A DNA stretch of 64,000 bases from an uncultured virus (IMG/VR IMGVR_UViG_2721755796_000006) (taxonomy: Duplodnaviria; Heunggongvirae; Uroviricota; Caudoviricetes). Every line of letters begins with the position of its first letter. Position 1 is the stretch's first letter. Of the stretch, positions 28,884-38,963 are shown one piece after another. The position numbers and the translations under genes are program-made. Under the pieces are notes generated by a model. That model had not been told where the DNA came from. It did not search any database and worked only from the letters and a program-made list of their open reading frames with translations. The stretch is from IMG/VR virus record IMGVR_UViG_2721755796_000006, one strand, 5' to 3'.

Positions 28884-29468
28884 ATGGCATTAACGCCAAA
28901 ACAGAAGATATTTGCAGATGAATACCTGATAGACCTTAATGCCACCAGGGCTTACAAGGTTGCGTATCCGAGCTGCAAGAAGGATGAGGCTGCGGCGGTC
29001 AACGGTAGTAAGCTACTAAGAAATACTAAGGTTGCGGAATATATCCAGGAGCGCATGAAGGAACGTGAGAAGCGCACTGAAATCACTCAGGATATGGTCC
29101 TGCAGGAACTGGCCAAGATTGCTTTTTCAAATGGGACTAATTACGCACAAGTTGTCGAGGAGCCAATCATCCGGAATAATGCTTATGTTGTGGATCCGGA
29201 TACAGGACAGGTAAAGACATTCCAACGGGTGAGGATAATTCCCACGGCCGAGCTGTCAGAAGACAAGCGGGCAGCCATTGCTGGTATAAAGGAGACAAAG
29301 TATGGCATTGATGTGCAGACGTATGATAAGGTCAGGGCCTTGGAATTGCTGGGGCGCCATCAAGGGATGTTTAAGGACAAGGTAGAGCTATCAGGCCAAG
29401 TGAAAACCAACAATCCGTATGAAGGCCTGACCACCGAGGAACTGAAGAAGCTGATACATGGTGGATAG
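28884..29468 (+). CDS. terS: Terminase small subunit
   Basis: LTPKQKIFADEYLIDLNATRAY; DKVRALELLGRH. Confidence 0.93.
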   Translation: MALTPKQKIFADEYLIDLNATRAYKVAYPSCKKDEAAAVNGSKLLRNTKVAEYIQERMKEREKRTEITQDMVLQELAKIAFSNGTNYAQVVEEPIIRNNAYVVDPDTGQVKTFQRVRIIPTAELSEDKRAAIAGIKETKYGIDVQTYDKVRALELLGRHQGMFKDKVELSGQVKTNNPYEGLTTEELKKLIHGG

Positions 29469-30849
29469 GGAGACTATAATGAGGGGAGCAAAGATAGAGC
29501 TTGCGCGGCGCGAGTTCTTTTTTTATTGCAATCTGAAGGCCCCTGATTTCTATAAGGAGGACAGGCAGTACCTGGTTGACCTCTGCAGCGAGTTCCAGGA
29601 CTTCATACAGTCTGACGATGAGGTAATGATTGTCAACGAACCTCCCAGACACGGAAAAAGCCGCACGGCCGGCCTAATGGTTGAGTGGGTGCTGGGCAAC
29701 GACCAGACGCAGAAAATCATGACCGGTTCTTACAACGAGACGCTTTCAACCATGTTCTCCAAAAATGTCCGCAACGACATTCAGGAGGAGAAGGCAGACG
29801 AGAACCGGATTGTATTCTCCGACATATTCCCAGGTGTATCCATCAAGCACGGTGATGGCGCCATGAATCTCTGGAGCCTGGAGGGCGGATACAACAACTA
29901 CCTGGCCACGTCCCCGACCGGCACAGCCACCGGTTTTGGTGCTACGCTGCTCATCATCGATGACCTCATCAAGAATGCTGAGGAAGCCAATAACGAGCTG
30001 ACCAAGGAGAAACACTGGAACTGGTTTACGGACACGATGCTGTCCCGCCTGGAGGAAGACGGAAAAATTATCATTATCATGACACGGTGGGCCAGCGATG
30101 ACTTGGCAGGCCGGGCATTGGAACACTTCAGGGAGGCCGGGGCTAAGATACGGCACATTTCTATGAAGGCCCTGCAGGGCGATGGGACAATGCTGTGTCC
30201 TGAAGTTCTGTCCAGGAAGTCCTACGAAGCCAAGATTAAGGCCATGGGCGCTGACATTGTATCAGCCAACTACCAGCAGGATCCGATTGACCTGAAGGGC
30301 AGGCTGTACACCAGTTTCAAGACCTATTCAGGGGAGCTTCCGCAGTTCAAGGAGATACGCAACTACACGGATACGGCCGATACCGGCGAGGATTACCTGT
30401 GTAGTATTAATTATGGTGTTACCTTTGCCAATGAAGCTTACGTACTGGATATCCTGTACACAAAGGAGCCGATGGAGGTCACGGAACCGGCCCTGGCCAG
30501 GATGCTGTTGGCAGGAGCGGTCAACCTGGCAAGGATTGAGTCTAACAATGGCGGCCGTGGGTTTGCAAGAAATGTACGCCGCATCCTGGAGGAACTGGGC
30601 AGCAATTATACAACGATAAAGTGGTTCACACAGACACAGAATAAACAGGCCCGCATTTATTCCAACTCTTCCTGGGTGATGCAGCATATCTATTACCCGG
30701 AGGATTGGAAGAACCGATGGCCTGAATACCATAATGCAATGATAAAATACCAGCGCGAGGGTCAGAACAAGCATGATGATGCTCCGGATGCAACGACGGG
30801 TATTGCCGAGAACTGTGCCAAGAAGGGCGGCATATCGGTTTTAAAATAA
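29458..30849 (+). CDS. terL: Terminase large subunit
   Basis: PPRHGKS, LIIDDLIK, MTRW, HDDAPD. Confidence 0.95.
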   Translation: MVDRETIMRGAKIELARREFFFYCNLKAPDFYKEDRQYLVDLCSEFQDFIQSDDEVMIVNEPPRHGKSRTAGLMVEWVLGNDQTQKIMTGSYNETLSTMFSKNVRNDIQEEKADENRIVFSDIFPGVSIKHGDGAMNLWSLEGGYNNYLATSPTGTATGFGATLLIIDDLIKNAEEANNELTKEKHWNWFTDTMLSRLEEDGKIIIIMTRWASDDLAGRALEHFREAGAKIRHISMKALQGDGTMLCPEVLSRKSYEAKIKAMGADIVSANYQQDPIDLKGRLYTSFKTYSGELPQFKEIRNYTDTADTGEDYLCSINYGVTFANEAYVLDILYTKEPMEVTEPALARMLLAGAVNLARIESNNGGRGFARNVRRILEELGSNYTTIKWFTQTQNKQARIYSNSSWVMQHIYYPEDWKNRWPEYHNAMIKYQREGQNKHDDAPDATTGIAENCAKKGGISVLK

Positions 30850-30862
30850 AGGAGGTGGTGGG

Positions 30863-32296
30863 ATGCCACAGATTATGTCAATTGATATAGTAAAGGAGTT
30901 GATAAAGAGCTGTTCTGTTGGACATCGGCGTTTCATAAGGGAATCCAAGGTAGCTGAGCGGTATTATGAGAATAGGAACGACATCCTTTATGGGGCTAGA
31001 AAGAGCCGGGAAAATGAACCGTTGCGGAATGCGGATAACCGCATACCGCGGAACTTCCACGGCCTGCTTGTCAACCAGAAGGCAGCCTACATGTTTTCTG
31101 CCCCGCCGCTGTTTGACGTAGGGAATGAGACTGTAAATAAACAGATTGCAGACCTGCTGGGTGACAAATATGCGAAGGTATGCAAGGACCTGTGCGTCAA
31201 GGCCTCAAACTGCAAGGTAGCATGGCTGCACTACTGGGAGGATGATGATGGGAACTGGAAGTATGGGACCATAGACCCGAAGCAGATTATCCCGGTGTAT
31301 TCCACAGACCTGGACCGACAGTTAGATGCCGTGTTGCGGAATTATAAGACAAGGGATGCCGTGGATGGAAAGGTAATCTATGTTTGGGAATATTGGACGG
31401 CAGAAAGGTGCTGCGTGTATAAGAAAAAAAGCAGTTCCATTTCAGAAACGGGACTGGAGGCCTATAACATATTCGAGATGGCTGATTCCCCAGACGGAAG
31501 CGCCCAGATGGTTAATGACTTTGAGCATGCCCTTGGGGAAGTGCCATTTATCCCATTTTATAACAATAACATTCCAGCGGATGACCTGGTTAACGTTAAG
31601 CCGCTGATTGATGCCTATGATAAGGTGTTCAGCGGTTTTTTGAATGACCTGGAGGATATACAGGAAATCATCTTTATCCTGACCAACTACGGGGGAGAGG
31701 ACCTAAAGACATTTGTGAGCGACCTGAAACAATATAAGGCAATCAAGGTGGAGACTGATGGTACCGGAGGAGGTGGAGATGTGGAGGCTCTGACTATCAG
31801 TATCCCGATTGAAGCCAGAGAGAAGTTCTTGGAAATTACCAGGAAGGCAATCTTTGAACAGGGGATGGGAGTGGACCCGGACCCGCAGAAGTTCGGCAAT
31901 ACTTCAGGGGAAGCGCTTAAATACCTGTATTCTCTTTTAGAGCTGAAGGCGGGCCTGATGGAGACGGAGTTTAAGCTTGGTTTCGGACGGCTGGTACGTG
32001 CAATCTGCCGGCATCTGGGTTTTGAGTGCAAACAGATAACACAGACCTGGACCAGGACAGCTATCCGAAGCGAATCGGAACTGGCTGACATTGCTACGAA
32101 GAGCGTGGGCATCATCTCCCATAAGACCATTCTTAAGAACCACCCATGGGTGGAAAATGCAGAAGAGGAAGAAAAGCAGCTGAAGAGGGAAGAAGAGGAA
32201 GATGTCCAGAAGGCGGATATCTATCAGCAAGCCTTTAAGCAGGGAGGGCAGCAGGAAGAGAAAGGTGGTGAAGGGGATGGAGATGAGAAAGAGTAA
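30863..32296 (+). CDS. Portal protein, SPP1 gp6-like
   Basis: Follows terL; FYNN..DDL..VKPLIDAYD, GNTSGEALKY. Confidence 0.93.
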   Translation: MPQIMSIDIVKELIKSCSVGHRRFIRESKVAERYYENRNDILYGARKSRENEPLRNADNRIPRNFHGLLVNQKAAYMFSAPPLFDVGNETVNKQIADLLGDKYAKVCKDLCVKASNCKVAWLHYWEDDDGNWKYGTIDPKQIIPVYSTDLDRQLDAVLRNYKTRDAVDGKVIYVWEYWTAERCCVYKKKSSSISETGLEAYNIFEMADSPDGSAQMVNDFEHALGEVPFIPFYNNNIPADDLVNVKPLIDAYDKVFSGFLNDLEDIQEIIFILTNYGGEDLKTFVSDLKQYKAIKVETDGTGGGGDVEALTISIPIEAREKFLEITRKAIFEQGMGVDPDPQKFGNTSGEALKYLYSLLELKAGLMETEFKLGFGRLVRAICRHLGFECKQITQTWTRTAIRSESELADIATKSVGIISHKTILKNHPWVENAEEEEKQLKREEEEDVQKADIYQQAFKQGGQQEEKGGEGDGDEKE

Positions 32297-32525
32297 ATTC
32301 TGTAAAATGATAGACAGAGTATGCCAGTTGCATCCTGAATGTGAAAATTACCATGAAGCAAGGGTATTGTTATGTGATGAATTTCTGGCAACAACAGGAG
32401 ATATGCAAGGTACGGATTTGGAGCCATACCTTGCAGAAATGAAATGCATACCTCATGAGGGATGTTTTAATATCTCGTTTAAGATTCCGATTGTTCCATA
32501 TAGTGAATTAAAGAATCTTCAATAA
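32277..32525 (+). CDS. Small hypothetical protein resembling ORF 40280-40579
   Basis: Overlaps portal end; shared CD..L......G.DL.PYL.E pattern. Confidence 0.55.
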   Translation: MEMRKSKFCKMIDRVCQLHPECENYHEARVLLCDEFLATTGDMQGTDLEPYLAEMKCIPHEGCFNISFKIPIVPYSELKNLQ

Positions 32526-32712
32526 CGAAGGAATAAGAAAACCCATTGTCAACAACGTCAGACACATAGCCACTCTCTTCCATGGAACTTATGGCATTTG
32601 CAGCATGAACCAAATCGTTACCATTGCGGGATTGGTAAGTGAAATCTGTTAGGCCGGTTTCCTTAAAGTGCGCATAACATTGGCGTGCCAATTCTTTTTC
32701 GTAAGGTGACAT
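32479..32712 (-). CDS. Antisense moron gene, 77 aa
   Basis: AAGGAGG RBS and own promoter. Confidence 0.7.
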   Translation of the reverse strand: MSPYEKELARQCYAHFKETGLTDFTYQSRNGNDLVHAANAISSMEESGYVSDVVDNGFSYSFVIEDSLIHYMEQSES

Positions 32713-32765
32713 AAGCGTGTACCTCCTTTCTTTTGCACTCGGTTCTGGCAGGGGCCTGTAAGTAC

Positions 32766-32794
32766 ATTATAAATTCAAGGGGGAGAAAAAGCAA
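32766..32794 (-). promoter_or_regulatory. Sigma-A promoter for the antisense moron
   Basis: TTGCTT-17 bp-TATAAT on the minus strand. Confidence 0.6.
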
Positions 32795-32803
32795 TGAAGG
32801 GAG

Positions 32804-34318
32804 GTGTGCTCCACGGTTAAGAATAAGGACTATTGGGGAAAACGCATGGCTTCCCTGGAGGATGACCAGTACCAACGTAGTGCTGCTTACTACAAGGATG
32901 TCCAGAGACAATACATACGTGCGACCAACAGCATACAGATGGATATTATGCGTTGGTACCAGCGCTTGGCAGACAACAACGATATTAGTTATGCGGGCGC
33001 CAAGAAGCTGCTTAAGAAGAACGAGTTGAAGGAATTCAGGTGGACGGTCGAGGATTACATAAAGGCTGGCGAGGAAAATGCCGTTGACCAGCGCTGGATG
33101 AAGGAGCTGGAGAATGCATCCGCCCGCCATCACATTTCCTATCTTGAGGCCATGAAACTCCAGATGCAGCAGCATGCGGAACTGCTATCCACGGAATTTG
33201 AAGGCGGCATGACGGATTACCTGCGCAAGTCCTATGGAGAGCAGTATTATCACACGGCCTATGAAATTGCTAAAGGGACTGGCATGGGGAGCAACCTGGT
33301 GCAACTGGATAACCGGAAGATGGATGTCATCATCAGGCACCCCTGGGCGCAGGACGGGGCGAATTTCTCAGACCGTATCTGGACTAATAAGGATAAGCTG
33401 GTCAGGAACCTGCATACCGAGCTGACGCAGAACATCATCCGTGGAGCCTCACCCCAGAAGGCCATAGACAGCCTGTCAAAGACAATGGAGGTCAGCCGAA
33501 GCCAGGCCGGGCGCCTCATCATGACTGAGTCAGCCGCCATCTCTTCAGCGGCCCAGAAGGATTGCCTGAAGGAACTGGGAGTGGAGAAGTATGAGATTCT
33601 GGCCACGCTGGACGGCCAGACCTCTGAAATATGCAGGGATATGGACGGCAAGGTCTTTGACATGAAGGATTACAGGGTGGGCGTTACAGCACCGCCTTTT
33701 CATCCCAATTGCAGGTCCACCACGGTACCATATTTCGATGATGAGTTCACGGAAGGGGAACAGCGGGCTGCCAGGGACGGGGATGGGGAAACATATTATG
33801 TACCTGCGGATTTAAAGTATAAGAACTGGAAAAGGAAGTTTGTTGTTGAAAAGGGGATAGAACCTGATATAATGAAGTCAGGAGCCCGTATCACAGACCT
33901 GTTCAGCAAAGAGGCAGAAGACTTTGCGAAAATGTATTATGCCGAGATACGAGTTTTCTCAACGGATGCTGGGAAGATAGCCGGGAATTTAGGGAAGAGT
34001 GAGACAGACATCCGGAAAATCAAGGAGTATCTGTTTGAGGCTGAATCCTTAACCGATCCGGATACGGGCGTCCGGAGACGCTTTGACCCGGATTGTGCAA
34101 TTGCCCAGAGCTGGCAAAGGCTCATGATTGGGAAAGACATTAAGCCGCATGACAGGACTCTGATTGAGCATGAACTGCTGGAAATGGAAATCAAGAGAAG
34201 AAATCCGGGAATATCGCATCAGCAAGCCCATGAGCTGGCATCACAGAAATATGATTATAACAAGGAGGTGTTGGAATACTATGGTAGTCTTGAAAAACAT
34301 AAAAAAAACCAGGGATGA
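32804..34318 (+). CDS. Minor head protein (MuF / SPP1 gp7) with C-terminal extension
   Basis: RLIMTES, ATLDGQTSEICRDMDG, APPFHPNCRST, then ~150 aa extra domain. Confidence 0.9.
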   Translation: MCSTVKNKDYWGKRMASLEDDQYQRSAAYYKDVQRQYIRATNSIQMDIMRWYQRLADNNDISYAGAKKLLKKNELKEFRWTVEDYIKAGEENAVDQRWMKELENASARHHISYLEAMKLQMQQHAELLSTEFEGGMTDYLRKSYGEQYYHTAYEIAKGTGMGSNLVQLDNRKMDVIIRHPWAQDGANFSDRIWTNKDKLVRNLHTELTQNIIRGASPQKAIDSLSKTMEVSRSQAGRLIMTESAAISSAAQKDCLKELGVEKYEILATLDGQTSEICRDMDGKVFDMKDYRVGVTAPPFHPNCRSTTVPYFDDEFTEGEQRAARDGDGETYYVPADLKYKNWKRKFVVEKGIEPDIMKSGARITDLFSKEAEDFAKMYYAEIRVFSTDAGKIAGNLGKSETDIRKIKEYLFEAESLTDPDTGVRRRFDPDCAIAQSWQRLMIGKDIKPHDRTLIEHELLEMEIKRRNPGISHQQAHELASQKYDYNKEVLEYYGSLEKHKKNQG

Positions 34319-34505
34319 TATATCGGCGGATTATTACCCGGAAGGCGGAGAACCAAAGGGGTTTATGAGGATGCGCCTGTCTGATGGTGAGGTTGTGGAA
34401 CACGACAGGGCTGGGATGATGGCTCCGGCGCATGTCAGATATGAACTTGCAAGGCTTTCTAAGTCAGAAAATCCTCCAGAAGAAAAAACGGTTTTATGGT
34501 ATTAG
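34281..34505 (+). CDS. Small protein overlapping MuF end, candidate immunity protein
   Basis: ATG after AAGGAGGTG, 74 aa, followed by terminator. Confidence 0.65.
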   Translation: MVVLKNIKKTRDDISADYYPEGGEPKGFMRMRLSDGEVVEHDRAGMMAPAHVRYELARLSKSENPPEEKTVLWY

Positions 34506-34508
34506 ATA

Positions 34509-34543
34509 ACCACCAGTCAGTAATGGCCGGTGGTATTTTATTT
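34509..34543 (+). terminator. Terminator after the MuF pair
   Basis: ACCACCAGTCA..TGGCCGGTGGT then TTTTATTT. Confidence 0.6.
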
Positions 34544-34576
34544 GTTGCGATATCGCAACGGAAAGAGAGGATAAGA

Positions 34577-34888
34577 ATGAAGTACAGAAAGAAACCAGTG
34601 GTAATTGAGGCATTTCAATGGACAGGGGGACCAGAGCAGGAGGATGACCCTGAATGGATTATCGAGGCTATCAAAAACAAGATGGCGTGGTTTGAAAATG
34701 CAGGGACGCCGGATGTGAAATTCATGATTCGGACTCTGGAAGGTGTACATGAGGCCAGTGTGGGGGATTACATTATCCGTGGTATAGCCGGGGAGATATA
34801 TCCATGTAAGCCGGATATCTTCCGGGAAACCTACGAGCTGGAGGAAGAGAGTAACCGCATGCATCTGGATGAAAAAGAATTGGGCTGA
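34577..34888 (+). CDS. Conserved phage protein (KYRKKPVVIEA...GDYII...YPCKPDIF)
   Basis: Motif commonly seen in phage head regions. Confidence 0.8.
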   Translation: MKYRKKPVVIEAFQWTGGPEQEDDPEWIIEAIKNKMAWFENAGTPDVKFMIRTLEGVHEASVGDYIIRGIAGEIYPCKPDIFRETYELEEESNRMHLDEKELG

Positions 34889-34987
34889 GCCATATTAAGA
34901 AGCATACACCGGACCGGTTACGAATTGTGTTAAGCACGCGGGACTATCCTGGGTGTTATTTTTATACCGAAAAGAAAGGAAAAGACC

Positions 34988-35599
34988 ATGAAAAAAGAAG
35001 AATTTGTCGCCCTGGGCATCAGCGAGGAGCTGGCGGCTAAGGCGGAACAGGAATCAAAGAAGGAGTTGGAGGGCTACGTTCCTAAAGCGGACTATGAGGC
35101 CCTGAACGCCACAAAGGCCCAACTGGAAAAAGACATTAAGACCAGGGACAAACAACTGGAGGAACTGAAGAAGGCCAGTGGCAGCAGCGAGGAGCTACAG
35201 CAACAGATTGCAGACCTGCAGGCAGAGAATAAGGCTGCCAAAGAGAAATATGAGGCGGATATGAAAGAATTAAAGCTGACCACTGCCATCAAGCTTGCAA
35301 TCGGTGACTCTGCCCATGACGCTGACCTTGTGTCCGGCCTTATTGATAAAAGCAAGCTGCTCCTGGGGGACGACGGGAAGGTCACTGGCATTGAAGAGCA
35401 GGTAAAGGCGCTGAAGGAAGGCAAGGCGTTCCTGTTTAAGGATTCTGCCCCTGCGGTCTCCAGACAGGGCAGTGGAAAACCCGGATATAAACCGAAGGCC
35501 GGTGAGACATCGGGAGGCGGCTGGGCCAAGACGGTGGCGGAGAGCCTGAACAAAGAAAACTCAAAAAACCCCTATGCGGATGCATGGGCAACAAAATAG
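34988..35599 (+). CDS. Head scaffolding protein (GP20-like)
   Basis: Coiled-coil, charged, upstream of capsid genes. Confidence 0.85.
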   Translation: MKKEEFVALGISEELAAKAEQESKKELEGYVPKADYEALNATKAQLEKDIKTRDKQLEELKKASGSSEELQQQIADLQAENKAAKEKYEADMKELKLTTAIKLAIGDSAHDADLVSGLIDKSKLLLGDDGKVTGIEEQVKALKEGKAFLFKDSAPAVSRQGSGKPGYKPKAGETSGGGWAKTVAESLNKENSKNPYADAWATK

Positions 35600-35617
35600 A
35601 GAAAGAGAGGAAATGAC

Positions 35618-36040
35618 ATGTATTTAGTAAAGAAGACGTACGATAATTCCCCGGAGTTCCTGAGGAATGAGCGCTATGAGAACATTACCTGTACGGTACT
35701 GGACACCGGGGTGACGGCGGACTCGGACGGGAAGAAGCTTGTCCTGGCAGGCAGCCTGTTGGACAAGGATGGGAAGGTGGTAAAGGTTACACGCAGCGGA
35801 GGCCCCGAGGCCTATACTTACGAATTCTCAACGGAACCCGTTGGCATCCTTTTCGCAACCACTGAGGTCACATACGGACAGCAGGCAGGAGCCCTGATGA
35901 TTGCCGGTTCCGTCAACACGGAGCGGCTGCAGGGGGATTACCTGGTGGAGGCCGTAGACCAGCTGGTGGAAAAGATGCCATTCGTTAAATTTTTTGTGGA
36001 CGGGAGCCTGCAGGTCAAGGCCGCCACACCTACAGCATAA
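35618..36040 (+). CDS. Probable head decoration protein
   Basis: Between scaffold and capsid; GKKLVLAGS...GIL..V..G. Confidence 0.65.
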   Translation: MYLVKKTYDNSPEFLRNERYENITCTVLDTGVTADSDGKKLVLAGSLLDKDGKVVKVTRSGGPEAYTYEFSTEPVGILFATTEVTYGQQAGALMIAGSVNTERLQGDYLVEAVDQLVEKMPFVKFFVDGSLQVKAATPTA

Positions 36041-36053
36041 GGAGGATTAAAAC

Positions 36054-37073
36054 ATGCCGAGAGTAGAAGAGTTATTGACACCACAGGAACTGATTGACTA
36101 TACAAAGGAAAGGCAGACCGAAGCATACATGGGCGAGGTGCTTTTTCCGGAGCGCAAGACGGAGGCAATGGAAATCAAGATGATTAAGGGCGCGTCCGAC
36201 CTCCCTGTGTCCGCCCACATCCATGCATTCGACACCGAGACGGAACTGGGTTCCAGGGAAGGCGCTGATTACAGCATGCAGGACCTGGCCCTCATCAAGA
36301 GGAAAATCCGCCTGGGCGAGAAAGAAATCATTGCCCTTGAAAGCCCTAGGAATGACCAGGAAGAGGCAGAGATGGTCCGGAAGATTTACAGTGATGTGGA
36401 TAACCTGGTGGCGGGAGTGAAAACCAGGGTCGAGTGCCTGAGAATGGAAGCCCTGTCTACTGGAAAGCTTTCCATCAATGAGAACGGCTTCAAGGCAAGC
36501 ATTGATTATGGAATTCCGAGCACACATAAGGCTGACAAGACATGGGGGAGCGGTGACCCCACTATCCTGGAGGATATGGATGCCTTTGTAGACCGGATTG
36601 TTAAAGATACCGGATTCACGCCAACACGGGCACTGACATCCAAAACCAATCTGAACCGCATTTTACGAGACCACAGGATACGCGCCGCAATCTATGGCGT
36701 GAACAGTGACCGGGTGCTTACCAGGGCGGAACTGAATGCTTTCCTGGCCCAGCAGAGCCTTCCACAGATTGCTGTATATGACAAACAGTACCGCCAGCAG
36801 GATGCAAAGGGGAAATATTCGTCGGCGCGCTTCCTTCCGGAATCAGCATTCATTATGATGCCGGATGGGAAACTGGGAGATACATTCTATGGCCTCACGG
36901 CTGAGGAGCTGGAGCTCCGTAAGAATCCGGATGTGGATGTGTCTGCTGTGGGGAATATCGTGGTGGTACAATATGACACAGTGGATCCGGTCGGCCGGTG
37001 GATTAAGGCAGTTGCCACGGCTATGCCGTCCTTCCCATATGCGGACCAGGTATTCATTGCTACCATTTCTTAA
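36054..37073 (+). CDS. Major capsid protein (phage capsid E-like)
   Basis: 339 aa; LFP, EALSTGK, IDYG, DPVG...SFP. Confidence 0.9.
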   Translation: MPRVEELLTPQELIDYTKERQTEAYMGEVLFPERKTEAMEIKMIKGASDLPVSAHIHAFDTETELGSREGADYSMQDLALIKRKIRLGEKEIIALESPRNDQEEAEMVRKIYSDVDNLVAGVKTRVECLRMEALSTGKLSINENGFKASIDYGIPSTHKADKTWGSGDPTILEDMDAFVDRIVKDTGFTPTRALTSKTNLNRILRDHRIRAAIYGVNSDRVLTRAELNAFLAQQSLPQIAVYDKQYRQQDAKGKYSSARFLPESAFIMMPDGKLGDTFYGLTAEELELRKNPDVDVSAVGNIVVVQYDTVDPVGRWIKAVATAMPSFPYADQVFIATIS

Positions 37074-37082
37074 GGAGGGGCC

Positions 37083-37421
37083 ATGGACCTGAAGAAGCTG
37101 AAGGGGCTGTTAGGGATACCGGAGAGTGATACAACACAGGATGCCGCCCTGCAGTTCCTTATGGAAGACGTGGATGAGACTATCCAGAACTATTGCAACT
37201 TAAAAGCGGTTCCGGCAGGTCTGACCAGCACATCATACCGGATGGCTATGGACCTGTACCGGTATGAGCGTCCCGGGGATGGGGATGCGCCGGCCCGGGT
37301 GTCATCCATATCAGAAGGAGACACATCCACCAGTTTCGCTAATGCGTCGGACGCTTTATCAGGCGGTATCCTGAAGGATTACCAGGGACAGCTGAACCGG
37401 TACAGGAAGCTGGGGTGGTAG
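37083..37421 (+). CDS. Head-tail connector
   Basis: LKGLLGI..D..L...IQNYCN; SISEGDTSTSF. Confidence 0.85.
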   Translation: MDLKKLKGLLGIPESDTTQDAALQFLMEDVDETIQNYCNLKAVPAGLTSTSYRMAMDLYRYERPGDGDAPARVSSISEGDTSTSFANASDALSGGILKDYQGQLNRYRKLGW

Positions 37422-37422
37422 A

Positions 37423-37809
37423 ATGATAAGAGATGCAATCAAACAGGCCCAGAGGATACACAGGAAGGCCATAGAGGCTACCTATGATGGAACGTGCCGG
37501 ATTTATGGCATGCAATCTGTAAAGGACCCCGTGACGAAAGTGACGAGGCAGGAGGAGGTCCTTGTACAGGATGGTATAGCCTGCCATTTGTCTTATTCCA
37601 GCACGGCGCCGGCGGCCGGCAGTGATACGGTTACGGCTGTGGTGCAGACCATCAAGCTGTTCCTGGCCCCAGAGTGGGTCATTTCCCCGGGAAGCCGGAT
37701 TGAGGTCACCCAGCAGGGCCGGACCGAGAGTTATGCCCAGAGTGGTAAGGCCGCGGTATATTCCTCCCACCAGGAGATTCTTCTGGAGATATGGAAGGAG
37801 TATGCATAA
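37423..37809 (+). CDS. Head closure-type protein
   Basis: Synteny; KLFLAPE..I.PGSRIEV...SHQE. Confidence 0.7.
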   Translation: MIRDAIKQAQRIHRKAIEATYDGTCRIYGMQSVKDPVTKVTRQEEVLVQDGIACHLSYSSTAPAAGSDTVTAVVQTIKLFLAPEWVISPGSRIEVTQQGRTESYAQSGKAAVYSSHQEILLEIWKEYA

Positions 37810-38360
37810 TGGCGAAGGGAGGAAGTTTTGATTTTCGGGAAATAAAGAAGCTGCAAAAGCAGATAGAACGTCTGGAGCAGGAGAGGGATAAATTTTGTGA
37901 GGCCTGTGCGAGGGAATTGGCAGCACGATTACTTCGGAAGGTAATAATGAGAACGCCAGTGGGTGACTATTCAGGCGGAAAATATAGCTGTAAGGCCAGA
38001 CAGGGCCCTTCTTTTACGCATCAGAGCTGGAAACGTAAAGGGATGGTAGGTGGTACATTACGAAGAGGATGGACTACCCAGTCATCAGGCTCTGGCGCAG
38101 AAGGCTTGAAATCACAGGGTGCAACCCAATATGCAGAGACCTTAAAAGTCCATCATTTTGCGGATACGTATGTAATAGAAGTCACAAATTCCACAGAGTA
38201 TGCATCCTACGTGGAATATGGCCACAGAACCGCTAGGGGTAACGGATGGGTCCCCGGACATTTCATGCTTACCATATCGGAAAAAGAAATCAATGACCTG
38301 GCGCCGAAGCTGATAGAGAAAAAGCTGGAAGCAAAACTTCGGGAGGTGTTCGATGCTTAA
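37809..38360 (+). CDS. HK97 gp10-family neck protein
   Basis: RTPVG, GTLRRGW, YASYVEYGHR. Confidence 0.88.
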   Translation: MAKGGSFDFREIKKLQKQIERLEQERDKFCEACARELAARLLRKVIMRTPVGDYSGGKYSCKARQGPSFTHQSWKRKGMVGGTLRRGWTTQSSGSGAEGLKSQGATQYAETLKVHHFADTYVIEVTNSTEYASYVEYGHRTARGNGWVPGHFMLTISEKEINDLAPKLIEKKLEAKLREVFDA

Positions 38361-38793
38361 TGATATCATGGATGCTGTCACCAGGCGGCTGAATGAACTG
38401 TTGGGCGATGGTTATGAAATTTACACAGATGCGGTAGAACAGGGCCTTAAGGAGCCTTGTTTTTTTGTGCAGTTTCTGGAACCGTCTGAAAAGCCGATGA
38501 TTGGCAGGCGGTATTTCAGGCAGACGGATATGTGTATCCAATACATGCCTGGGGACATTCCACAGATAGCCAGGGAACTGAACCGGGTATCAGACATCCT
38601 TATGGATGGAATGGAGTACATTACCCTGTCAGATAGCAGCCTGCTGCGCGGAACCGGACGAAGCCACAGATCAGAGAGTGGGGTTCTGTCCTTCTTCGTC
38701 AGTTATAACATGTTTGTGGTGAAGGAACAGCCACAGGAAGAATCCATGGAAGAACTGTCTGCAAATACAGAGTTAAGGAGGTCTGAGGATTGA
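38353..38793 (+). CDS. Tail terminator-like protein
   Basis: IYTDAVEQGLKEPCFFV; synteny. Confidence 0.75.
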   Translation: MLNDIMDAVTRRLNELLGDGYEIYTDAVEQGLKEPCFFVQFLEPSEKPMIGRRYFRQTDMCIQYMPGDIPQIARELNRVSDILMDGMEYITLSDSSLLRGTGRSHRSESGVLSFFVSYNMFVVKEQPQEESMEELSANTELRRSED

Positions 38794-38963
38794 AAACAGT
38801 AAAACAGGAAGAAATCAAATTTAAGAAGCAGGAGCTGCTGCAGGCGGAGTGCTACCAGGGAAAGAAGGACCTGGTAGGAGCCTTGTTGGAGGATGGTAGG
38901 GAGTATACGCTTGCAGAGGTGGATGCGGCAATCAAGAGATTTATGGAAGGAAAGGTGAGATAG
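38790..38963 (+). CDS. Small tail-region protein (57 aa)
   Basis: TTG after AAGGAGG, fills the gap before sheath. Confidence 0.65.
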   Translation: MKTVKQEEIKFKKQELLQAECYQGKKDLVGALLEDGREYTLAEVDAAIKRFMEGKVR

